This document shows positions 1 through 6,887 of a stretch of 25,238 bases of DNA, in pieces. Made by a program: the position numbers and the translations under genes. The stretch comes from a virus (lineage: Duplodnaviria > Caudoviricetes), in IMG/VR virus record IMGVR_UViG_3300030207_003320, positions 1 to 25,238 of that record. The stretch is one strand, 5' to 3'. The notes below the pieces were generated by a model. The model was not told where the DNA came from, ran no database searches, and saw only the letters and a list, made by a program, of their open reading frames with translations. Numbering within the stretch: position 1 is the first letter of the stretch; each line of letters opens with the position of its first letter.

Positions 1-155
1 ATTCGCCACCCATACGAGCCGTAATACTCTTTGCGCACCGATAGGTTTTGCTTGTACTTTGGTAAATCGATCTCACGTGTATGCGGTACACCCCATAGAT
101 ATCCGTCATCACGATACATTTCGTAGTCGTGGTCTGCTTTTTCTAGTAATCCCAT
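1..155 (-). CDS. Hypothetical early phage protein (3' end runs off window)
   Basis: Read by hand: ATG at 155, MGLLEKADHDYEMYRDDGYLWGVPHTREIDLPKYKQNLSVRKEYYGSYGWR..., open to the edge; starts 11 nt after the stop of 167..442. Confidence 0.7.
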   Translation of the reverse strand, partial: MGLLEKADHDYEMYRDDGYLWGVPHTREIDLPKYKQNLSVRKEYYGSYGWR

Positions 156-166
156 GTTAGTATGCT

Positions 167-442
167 TTATTGATTGTTTTCTAAATTGTCATGGTACGAG
201 TTAATTGCTTCGTTTTGCTTTTCAAAGCTGATGAACTTGAATAGCATCTCGCTCGTCTGCTTCATAGCATCACGTAGTTCTTTGCTATCGTCTTGCATAG
301 CTACGGGGCACCAAGACTTAAACTCTAAGTCTTTTGCCTTGCGCTCTATTGCGTCAAGTGAATTGTTTTCGAGGAACGATATTACCTCAGGAGATAGTTT
401 CTCCCCTATGTACAATTCAAATCCTTTATTAAATTCTCTCAT
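167..442 (-). CDS. Hypothetical early phage protein (91 aa)
   Basis: ORF track; ATG preceded by taccaataaaa leader; packed between neighbours. Confidence 0.8.
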   Translation of the reverse strand: MREFNKGFELYIGEKLSPEVISFLENNSLDAIERKAKDLEFKSWCPVAMQDDSKELRDAMKQTSEMLFKFISFEKQNEAINSYHDNLENNQ

Positions 443-444
443 TT

Positions 445-588
445 TTATTGGTATTTGTCAAGTTTAACATCGCTGTATCCACGCACACTAAATTCGTGTG
501 CAAGCTCAACAGCATCATCTAAGGTTAGTAGGTAGTCGTTTACTTCTGTGCCACCTACCCATACTGAGTAATTTTTTTCTGTATCCAT
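445..588 (-). CDS. Small hypothetical phage protein (47 aa)
   Basis: Not in track. MDTEKNYSVWVGGTEVNDYLLTLDDAVELAHEFSVRGYSDVKLDKYQ*; aaccaataaaac leader; stop 2 nt before the next ATG. Confidence 0.8.
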   Translation of the reverse strand: MDTEKNYSVWVGGTEVNDYLLTLDDAVELAHEFSVRGYSDVKLDKYQ

Positions 589-600
589 GTTTTATTGGTT

Positions 601-750
601 TTAAAAGTTAATATCTAATTTTGCTTGTTCGCAGAATGCTTCTGCTACTAAGTTTACGCCTTCTGTATCCTCACACCATGTGAAGTATTCGTATGCTAGT
701 TCTAGCTCTTCAAAGCTAAACCCTCTATATGGGTTGAATATCCTACTCAT
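601..750 (-). CDS. Small acidic hypothetical protein (49 aa)
   Basis: Not in track. MSRIFNPYRGFSFEELELAYEYFTWCEDTEGVNLVAEAFCEQAKLDINF*; ATGA overlap with the upstream gene. Confidence 0.75.
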   Translation of the reverse strand: MSRIFNPYRGFSFEELELAYEYFTWCEDTEGVNLVAEAFCEQAKLDINF

Positions 751-896
751 AGCATTAGAGCTTTTAAGTAAGACCTGAGCAACCTAGCGTAGCTATACTC
801 ATACATGTAACCTATGTGCTTGAGTTGCAGATTTTTTGCAACGTAAACCTTTCTTCTGATGAGTCTAGCGATTCTAATGATGATAAATTTCTTCAT
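747..896 (-). CDS. Small basic hypothetical protein (49 aa)
   Basis: Not in track. MKKFIIIRIARLIRRKVYVAKNLQLKHIGYMYEYSYARLLRSYLKALML*; aaccaataaaac leader; ATGA coupling to 601..750. Confidence 0.7.
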   Translation of the reverse strand: MKKFIIIRIARLIRRKVYVAKNLQLKHIGYMYEYSYARLLRSYLKALML

Positions 897-899
897 GTT

Positions 900-1067
900 T
901 TATTGGTTTAAATTGTCATATTGTTCAGCGAGGTACTCTACCTCTTCATCGTGTATGGCTACATTCAGGTACTCCGATACGTTGATGTAAAGTTTGCCGT
1001 CTAGCTCTTCGCTAGGTGTGTCGTGGTGTGCATTAAGCACGAATGATGCTTTTTCTAATTGTGTCAT
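900..1067 (-). CDS. Small acidic hypothetical protein (55 aa)
   Basis: Not in track. MTQLEKASFVLNAHHDTPSEELDGKLYINVSEYLNVAIHDEEVEYLAEQYDNLNQ*; ATGA overlap with 1064..1459. Confidence 0.78.
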   Translation of the reverse strand: MTQLEKASFVLNAHHDTPSEELDGKLYINVSEYLNVAIHDEEVEYLAEQYDNLNQ

Positions 1068-1459
1068 AGTAATATTTCTTTTTGGTTTTTACAGTCGTAG
1101 ATTGCGATTTCGCCACGTCTCTTGGCTATTTTTGTGGCTATGTCTAGTTCGTTTATGTGTTGCACAATGTCGAAGTATATCTGCCCCTCGTGTACCCATG
1201 TGCCTATACCGCATCCCATCATGAGTCGAGCGAATTTGTCGTCCAAAAGCGTGTAATACTTATCCCATAGCTTTTTGAACGCTTTGAAGTGCGCTCTTGT
1301 GTCAGGGTATGCGCTGCCGTCAACCTCTGCATACATAGTGGTTGCCTCAGTTAAACCACCTACGATGTAACCTTCGGTTGGGTTGATTGTGCTATCCCAA
1401 AGGTGTGTGTATCCCCCGTCAAGTAGCGTGTCGATGTAAGCTTTTTTCTCTTGTGTCAT
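1064..1459 (-). CDS. Hypothetical early phage protein (131 aa)
   Basis: ORF track; conserved leader; C-terminal IGTW...YFDIV...A...A...GEIAIYD pattern typical of small phage proteins. Confidence 0.85.
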   Translation of the reverse strand: MTQEKKAYIDTLLDGGYTHLWDSTINPTEGYIVGGLTEATTMYAEVDGSAYPDTRAHFKAFKKLWDKYYTLLDDKFARLMMGCGIGTWVHEGQIYFDIVQHINELDIATKIAKRRGEIAIYDCKNQKEILL

Positions 1460-1483
1460 GATGTATAAAATTTTGGTTTGTAA

Positions 1484-1535
1484 GAGGGTTTATATACACT
1501 CTTCATAAATGAAGAGAGTGTATATTAAACCTTCT
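1484..1535. other. Long imperfect intergenic hairpin (candidate RNase III site)
   Basis: gggttt-atatacact-cttca / tgaag-ag-agtgtatat-t-aaacct; about 20 bp with small bulges, no U-tract. Confidence 0.55.
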
Positions 1536-1544
1536 AAAGGTTAG

Positions 1545-1591
1545 AAGCCAAGAGGGGATTCGAACCCCTTCGCACCCTGTGTGCTTGGCTT
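1545..1591 (-). ncRNA. tRNA-like mini element (acceptor stem, D-like hairpin, T-arm; no anticodon arm)
   Basis: Minus strand: AGCCAAG-CACACAGGGTGCGA-AGGGG-TTCGAAT-CCCCT-CTTGGCT-T. 7-bp acceptor-like stem, 5-bp T-stem, canonical TTCGAAT loop. Confidence 0.6.
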
Positions 1592-1600
1592 GTGTGAGTG

Positions 1601-1966
1601 TTACGCTGGCTGTGGCGCACCGTCCATGAGCGCCTTGCAGTAGCGAACTGCATCTTCAACAGAGTAACCCATTGAGCGGAGCTCACTGAATTCGGGTAGC
1701 GTGTTCACCTCTGCAACCGCTTCGGGTATGAAGTTCTCAGCTACCGACTGCTTTGCCTGAGACTCTTCGAGTCTCTGATTCTTTGGCTTTCGCTTGGTTG
1801 CTTTGCGCTTTGGCTTTGCCTTAACCTCTTCGAGGTTAGCAACAGATTCCGCTAGCTCCGTTAGGAGCTTGATTGCTCGTGCTTTGCGTGCCTTCGTTGG
1901 GTTGAACTTCGCTTGGTTAACTGCTTTCTTGCAATCTTTGATTGCTTGTGTCGTGATGTCTGACAT
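1601..1966 (-). CDS. Lys/Ala-rich first early protein (121 aa)
   Basis: Track ORF 1601..2017 restarted at ATG 1966 (MSDITTQ...). The track start overlaps the -7 promoter box, and ATG 1966 has the same leader as ATG 1459. Confidence 0.8.
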   Translation of the reverse strand: MSDITTQAIKDCKKAVNQAKFNPTKARKARAIKLLTELAESVANLEEVKAKPKRKATKRKPKNQRLEESQAKQSVAENFIPEAVAEVNTLPEFSELRSMGYSVEDAVRYCKALMDGAPQPA

Positions 1967-2014
1967 GATGTAAAAATTTTTGGTTTGTGTCAATTCCGAG
2001 TGAATCAACGACAA

Positions 2015-2046
2015 CAAAGTTAGGGAAATAAAACACCGATGTCAAG
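2015..2046 (-). promoter_or_regulatory. Bacteroidota primary-sigma promoter for the early cluster
   Basis: Minus strand CTTG (2046-2043), 20-nt spacer, TAACTTTG (2022-2015); matches the TTG-N19-21-TAnnTTTG consensus. Confidence 0.8.
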
Positions 2047-2196
2047 TTTTTGGAGGGTTAATTTCGTGCGCGATTTCTCCCGCGGGAAGGTTACGTAGTA
2101 ACCCGCGTGGAAACAGGCGAAAATTCGGGCTATGGCGCGAGCGCTTGAGAGCGCATGAGGCATGCATGACACGAGGAGATTTTGTACTGATAATTG

Positions 2197-2271
2197 AATT
2201 GTCAATACAAAGCTTAATACTAAGCTACGCTTAGTATTATAATTGTCAATAGTAAGTTGGTAATGTCAATA
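2197..2271. repeat. Three TGTCAATA direct repeats around an 11-bp-arm inverted repeat
   Basis: TGTCAATA at 2200, 2244 and 2264; taatactaagc-tac-gcttagtatta at 2215-2239. Confidence 0.7.
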
Positions 2272-2679
2272 ACAAAACCCCTGAAAGGGGTAATAGGGTT
2301 AAAGCTCTAGTGTAGGTGTGTGGTTGTCCCACCCTCTCGCAGAGCTCGTTCCGAGTCGTGTGCTAACGTAATGCTACAACTGAGTAAGCTTAACTGACTG
2401 ATACTCAGTGCAAAAAAGCTGAAAGTTATGCGCAAAACGTAACGAAGTTACGGTGCCACGTTTTGCAAATCCGTTTCGGGTTGCGTGCGCTAGCGTATGT
2501 ATATATACATTATCCCCACCCTACATATTACTCGTCAAATTTTTAGGACTACTCGGCAGATCCGACAGTTTTGAAGCTGTCTCTTATAAACTATTTAACA
2601 TAATACAGTTGATAAACTTCACATAACTAACTGATTAACATATAATTCAAGTAGAGTCTGTTAAACTCTTGCTTTAGGG

Positions 2680-2710
2680 TTGATTTTTAAAAAAATAAGT
2701 AGTAACTTCG
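2680..2710 (+). promoter_or_regulatory. Putative rightward Bacteroidota promoter
   Basis: TTG (2680-2682), 20-nt spacer, TAACTTCG (2703-2710; one mismatch to TAnnTTTG). Confidence 0.55.
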
Positions 2711-2807
2711 TAACCATATAAGAGTAAAGCTACTCAGAATATTAATGTGTATACACATAAAGAGTCAGAGATAGCTGTATTATATAAAAGTAGTATACAG
2801 GATACCT

Positions 2808-2966
2808 ATGTTTAAAAAAGAATGGATCTGGATGGACGTTGTAAAAAAAGATTCTAAGAAAAAGTTTGTTGCAAACAAGATCAAGAAGATTATGGCTGAA
2901 GGCAAACCAATGAAACAAGCTGTTGCTATTGCACTTAATATGTGGGAGAGAAAGAAAGGAGATTAA
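2808..2966 (+). CDS. Small basic phage protein with KQAVAIAL motif (52 aa)
   Basis: Not in track. MFKKEWIWMDVVKKDSKKKFVANKIKKIMAEGKPMKQAVAIALNMWERKKGD*; the GKP-xQAVAIAL motif recurs in small phage proteins. Confidence 0.7.
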   Translation: MFKKEWIWMDVVKKDSKKKFVANKIKKIMAEGKPMKQAVAIALNMWERKKGD

Positions 2967-2970
2967 GTAG

Positions 2971-2978
2971 TATATTTG
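2971..2978 (+). promoter_or_regulatory. -7 promoter element TATATTTG
   Basis: Intergenic, 26 nt before ATG 3005; the same 8-mer recurs in four other intergenic gaps. Confidence 0.65.
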
Positions 2979-3004
2979 CCCTATAAATAATATCACATAC
3001 TCAT

Positions 3005-3883
3005 ATGAAAACACTATATAGACACGGAGGTAGTCATAAATTCCAGAGACAAGGAAGAGGAAAGCGCGTCCCTGAGATGACTGCTGAACAAATAAAAGCT
3101 CGCGATGAGTATGTTGCAAACCTAGTAAAAAAGAGAAAGAAGCAGGATGATTTTGAACGTAAGATAGACGAAGAACTAGGAATAGATTACAAGCACGGAG
3201 GAAAACACTACCCACATGGAGGAAAGCATGAAGAGGAAGGTGGAATGGGTTCTAACATAATGAACTTCTTACAGGATAAGTACAATGAGTTTACTGGTAG
3301 AGGCCCTAAAGAAATGCCAGTAGAAAAGTTTGAATCCACAAACCAAAACTACAGTGGTATGGATGAGGTTGTTGATTGGATGTTAGAGCAGAAGTCTCAA
3401 GGAATGGGACCTGGCGTTGAAGCTTCTTCACTCGAAAGACTTAAAACAGGAGGACAGTCTAAAGATCCAGATGCATCTAACTACATGCCAGCACCATCAC
3501 CAGACGATATTGAAAGAAAGGCTATGATGTTTTCTAATGTATTTGACGCTGTCAGCAGTAATCCGTACATGGGTATAGATATGACCACCAGAGGTCCTGG
3601 AGTTTCTAAAGATTTTACTGAAGAGAAAAGAGCTATAATAGCAGAGGCATTTAAAGAAAATAATGTACCAGAAGAATGGCAGAATGAATTCTTTGAAGCT
3701 CTAAGAACAATAAGACCAGGAATAACGCAAGGAGGATATAGCGGAAAGTCTGGAATGCAAGTAGAACGTCTTGAAGCTGGAACAATAGACACTCCAAGAA
3801 CAGACCAAAAATTACAAATGAGAGAAACTTCACCCGTTACTATGCCGCAAACAAGACGTAGGGGTTTATTTAGAAGAAGATAA
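3005..3883 (+). CDS. Hypothetical protein with repeated YxHGG motifs (possible internal virion protein)
   Basis: 292-aa ORF with YRHGG, YKHGG and YPHGG; N-terminus MKTLY shared with 4323..4988. Confidence 0.75.
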   Translation: MKTLYRHGGSHKFQRQGRGKRVPEMTAEQIKARDEYVANLVKKRKKQDDFERKIDEELGIDYKHGGKHYPHGGKHEEEGGMGSNIMNFLQDKYNEFTGRGPKEMPVEKFESTNQNYSGMDEVVDWMLEQKSQGMGPGVEASSLERLKTGGQSKDPDASNYMPAPSPDDIERKAMMFSNVFDAVSSNPYMGIDMTTRGPGVSKDFTEEKRAIIAEAFKENNVPEEWQNEFFEALRTIRPGITQGGYSGKSGMQVERLEAGTIDTPRTDQKLQMRETSPVTMPQTRRRGLFRRR

Positions 3884-4311
3884 TGGCAGACTTAACAATT
3901 ACAATAACAGAGGCTGTTACTTTAAATGGTGCGTCAAGGGGATCAACCAACACACACACAGAGACAGTAACGCAAATAGATCATAGAATAGTAACTTGTT
4001 TACACTCTGCTGAGCAAACAGTTGTCTTATTTGATAGTGCGGTTGCTGCTGGTCAGATTGCTGATGGAACTTTAGACTACTTAAGACTTACTAATTTAGA
4101 CAGTACTAATTTTGTTACAGTAAGGGTGAGAGGCAACAATGAAGAATACTTCGTTAAACTAGAGGCAGGGGACAGCTTCCTGCTTAATAACTCGGTGATA
4201 GATGCTAACGATGCAACTAGCCCAGCGTCTGTTTCACTAGCCGCTATAGACTCAATAGGAATACAGGCAGACACTGCATCATGTAATGTAGAAATATTCG
4301 CTGCAGCATAA
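3883..4311 (+). CDS. Putative virion structural/decoration protein
   Basis: Thr/Ala/Ser-rich, beta-type sequence; YLRLTN...KLEAGDSFL resembles 20959..21378 and 21378..21782. Confidence 0.65.
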   Translation: MADLTITITEAVTLNGASRGSTNTHTETVTQIDHRIVTCLHSAEQTVVLFDSAVAAGQIADGTLDYLRLTNLDSTNFVTVRVRGNNEEYFVKLEAGDSFLLNNSVIDANDATSPASVSLAAIDSIGIQADTASCNVEIFAAA

Positions 4312-4322
4312 AATAAAAAAAT

Positions 4323-4988
4323 ATGAAAACACTTTACAACAAAATGGGCCACGGTGGAAGAATGAAGTACGCAGGTGGCGGAAGAATGTCAAACAGAAGA
4401 TTAGCTCGTATGCTTGCTAAGTATATGATGGGTGGTAAGATGAAGATGGAGCACGGAGGTAAGCACTATAGGCATGGAGGTGCTCATGATTCTTCAGGTC
4501 GTCCTATATTAAATCCTTTTGATGACAGTGAGTTTACTCAAACACAAAGACGCCAACAAGAGCGATCAATGATAGATGAAGGATTAATGTCTAAACCAGG
4601 TGAAGGAGTAACAATAGCTTTTGGTGAAGAATCTCCTGTAGACTTTGAAACAGTTAGAAGAGGCTATATGGAAAAAAATCCTGATCTTGTTAATCCTAAA
4701 AAAGATTTCTTTATGGTGGGTGATGAGAGAGTGTTCATTGATGCAGGCGATGATGATCAATTTGAAAGACTTGTAAGAAATCGTGCTTTGGATAGAGACG
4801 TTAGCCAAACTCAAGGCGATACCTATACATCTATTTTTAGAGATCTAATGTCTGAGTTTGATAATTATGTAGCTGGCTTTGGAGATGAAGTTAGGAATGA
4901 TCCTGAGCAAATACAGAAAATGAGAGATAAGTTTGCAGAAGAGGCTAGAAACTACGCTGGGCAAATTTTTGAATCACGTGGCAGGTAA
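4323..4988 (+). CDS. Hypothetical protein with repeated [YM]xxGG motifs in a basic N-terminus
   Basis: 221-aa ORF with MGHGG, YAGGG, YMMGG, MEHGG and YRHGG in the first ~55 aa. Confidence 0.75.
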   Translation: MKTLYNKMGHGGRMKYAGGGRMSNRRLARMLAKYMMGGKMKMEHGGKHYRHGGAHDSSGRPILNPFDDSEFTQTQRRQQERSMIDEGLMSKPGEGVTIAFGEESPVDFETVRRGYMEKNPDLVNPKKDFFMVGDERVFIDAGDDDQFERLVRNRALDRDVSQTQGDTYTSIFRDLMSEFDNYVAGFGDEVRNDPEQIQKMRDKFAEEARNYAGQIFESRGR

Positions 4989-5015
4989 ACATCGCAAACA
5001 ATAAAAATACTACAC

Positions 5016-5045
5016 AAAAAAAAGAGCCCCTTTCGGGGCTTTTTT
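5016..5045. terminator. Bidirectional intrinsic terminator
   Basis: A-run, agcccc-tttc-ggggct, T-run, between converging genes. Confidence 0.85.
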
Positions 5046-5343
5046 AATCTACACGAACTGATGATATTTGAATAATAACATCGTCTAGCTCTTGTTTAAC
5101 TTGGTAGATACCTGGATTATTAGCTCTTAAAGTAAATACCCTGTGATCTCCTCTAACATTAAAGTACCATTGGTTATCTTCTTCAAGGTACTCACCTTCA
5201 ACTTCTGGGTAGTGTGGTATGTATAATACGCTCCACTCTGTGTCTATACCTTCATTGTATTTAAGGTCATTTATTACTAAGACAGTCTGAGAAAAGGCTG
5301 TTGCGGATATCGACATAGCGATAATTAAAATTAAATTCTTCAT
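5044..5343 (-). CDS. Small secreted/periplasmic hypothetical protein
   Basis: MKNLILIIAMSISATAFSQ is a typical Bacteroidota Sec signal peptide (cleavage before Q); inverted relative to the operon. Confidence 0.75.
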   Translation of the reverse strand: MKNLILIIAMSISATAFSQTVLVINDLKYNEGIDTEWSVLYIPHYPEVEGEYLEEDNQWYFNVRGDHRVFTLRANNPGIYQVKQELDDVIIQISSVRVD

Positions 5344-5375
5344 AGTATGTGAATTAAAGGTTAGTAAATCAGTTG

Positions 5376-5383
5376 TATATTTG
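5376..5383 (+). promoter_or_regulatory. -7 promoter element TATATTTG
   Basis: In the 5344-5517 gap, oriented toward 5518, restarting transcription after the terminator. Confidence 0.5.
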
Positions 5384-5517
5384 AACTGCTGATCTCAGTA
5401 TACGATAAAGTTTTCGTAAAAACAAATTTTGATTGAAGAAAAAATATTTTAACCCGAAGAAAAAACGTAAAGATCCAGCTATAGAAGCAGAAAAAATTAG
5501 ACTCAATAAAATTAAAA

Positions 5518-6039
5518 ATGAAACTAGAAGTAATAAGATTCAACAAAGGTAAAGACTCTACTAACGGATTGCTATTTGACATAACGAATGAACGAAGAAA
5601 ATTTCTATGCTACACGCTGGAAGACGAAAGTCGCGCGGAAAAAGTATACGGAGAAACTTGCATACCTGAAGGAGAGTATAAGCTCGGTCTTCGAACTGTG
5701 GGTGGATATCACTCCAAATACAGTAAAAGATTTGCTGACATACATAAAGGTATGCTTCATGTCTTGGATGTCCCAGGCTTTGAATATATTCTTCTTCACT
5801 GTGGTAATACTGATGAGGACACTGCGGGATGCTTGCTACTGGGCGATACGCAAGAAAACAACAGCATCAAAAAGAACGGTTTTATAGGGAAGAGCACTGC
5901 AGCTTATATGAGAGTATACCCAGACATAGCCAAAGCATTAGAAGAGGGAGAAGAAGTTACTATTGTATATAGAGACTTTGCAGAAAGTCTTATATTACAG
6001 CCAGCAGACATAACAGAATTTTTTAACGGAGAAGCGTAA
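5518..6039 (+). CDS. DUF5675-like protein (YkuD/L,D-transpeptidase-like, possible cell-wall enzyme)
   Basis: STNG.L...CYTLED...ETCIPEGEY and ILLHCGNTDEDTAGCLLLG, with a His/Cys pair as in this family. Confidence 0.75.
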   Translation: MKLEVIRFNKGKDSTNGLLFDITNERRKFLCYTLEDESRAEKVYGETCIPEGEYKLGLRTVGGYHSKYSKRFADIHKGMLHVLDVPGFEYILLHCGNTDEDTAGCLLLGDTQENNSIKKNGFIGKSTAAYMRVYPDIAKALEEGEEVTIVYRDFAESLILQPADITEFFNGEA

Positions 6040-6851
6040 TGATAGGAGGAATATCATCATCAGGTGGGGTAAGAACACCTAAGAAAAGATCTAAACCAAG
6101 AGGTAAAAGCTGTATACGTTTAACTGAGTCCCTTAGCGTTGAAACTAGAGTAGAGATAGCCGACGCTGATATAATAGGTACTAATGATTTTTCTTTTTGC
6201 TTTTGGTATAAGCGTCCTAGTTCTTTAGGAGCTTTTCAAACATCAGGACAAAACCCAAGAGTGTTTGCTCAAGCGGCAAACAAAAGTAATGTTGCATCTT
6301 TTGCTGTAGGTGAAGTATCAGGCGTAACTGGAAGTTGTTTAGATTTTAATGTTGTCATTTCAAATTCCACAATAATTAGTTTAGAATCTAATACTCACGG
6401 TATGAGTTTAGATACATGGCATCATATAGCTGTTGTTTGCGATAGGTCTTCAGCTAGCGATAGTAAAATCTATGTAGATGGAGCGGCTTTAACGATGGAG
6501 ACTCAAACAATGGACTCATCTACCGACATAGATATTGGTGGTATTTTTACGCTTGGTGGCAATGCTGCAACCTCTGGAGGTTTTGGAGGGTTCTATAAAG
6601 ACTTGATGTTTTACAGTAGAGCTCTCGGAGTTAAAGACATTTCAAAAATATACAACCATAAAGGGAGAAAAAGACTTTTAAGTGTTTCTCAATTAAAAAC
6701 AAATCTTGAATTTTACCTACCTCTAGGAGATGCACCAGGAGATCATGCTACAAATTCTGACGGGCTACTCGATATTAGTGGCAATAATAGACACGGAACA
6801 GGCGTACAAAATAGCGGAACACTAGCAATCGATTCAGACTCCCCTTCTTAA
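6039..6851 (+). CDS. LamG/concanavalin-A-like domain protein
   Basis: FSFCFWYK, DTWHHIAVV, KIYVDG and FYSRAL...I..IY signatures. Confidence 0.8.
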   Translation: MIGGISSSGGVRTPKKRSKPRGKSCIRLTESLSVETRVEIADADIIGTNDFSFCFWYKRPSSLGAFQTSGQNPRVFAQAANKSNVASFAVGEVSGVTGSCLDFNVVISNSTIISLESNTHGMSLDTWHHIAVVCDRSSASDSKIYVDGAALTMETQTMDSSTDIDIGGIFTLGGNAATSGGFGGFYKDLMFYSRALGVKDISKIYNHKGRKRLLSVSQLKTNLEFYLPLGDAPGDHATNSDGLLDISGNNRHGTGVQNSGTLAIDSDSPS

Positions 6852-6887
6852 TAGTGCACCCAACATTTACAAAACAATTTTTACAAA

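Noticed and set aside
174-1224. Plus-strand ORFs 174..467 and 994..1224
   Set aside because: Antisense shadows of the fully tiled minus-strand early genes; no leader motif.
1545-1591. A functional decoding tRNA gene
   Set aside because: Only ~46 nt with no anticodon arm; kept as a tRNA-like element instead.
1967-2205. N-terminal extension to 2017 and ORF 2020..2205
   Set aside because: Both overlap the early promoter and palindromic control region, and have non-ATG starts.
2742-5887. Track ORFs 2742..3215, 3481..3792, 3651..3833, 4077..4352, 4584..4814, 5361..5582, 5605..5799 (minus) and 5588..5887 (plus)
   Set aside because: They overlap better-supported genes on the opposite strand or frame, with shadow-like composition.
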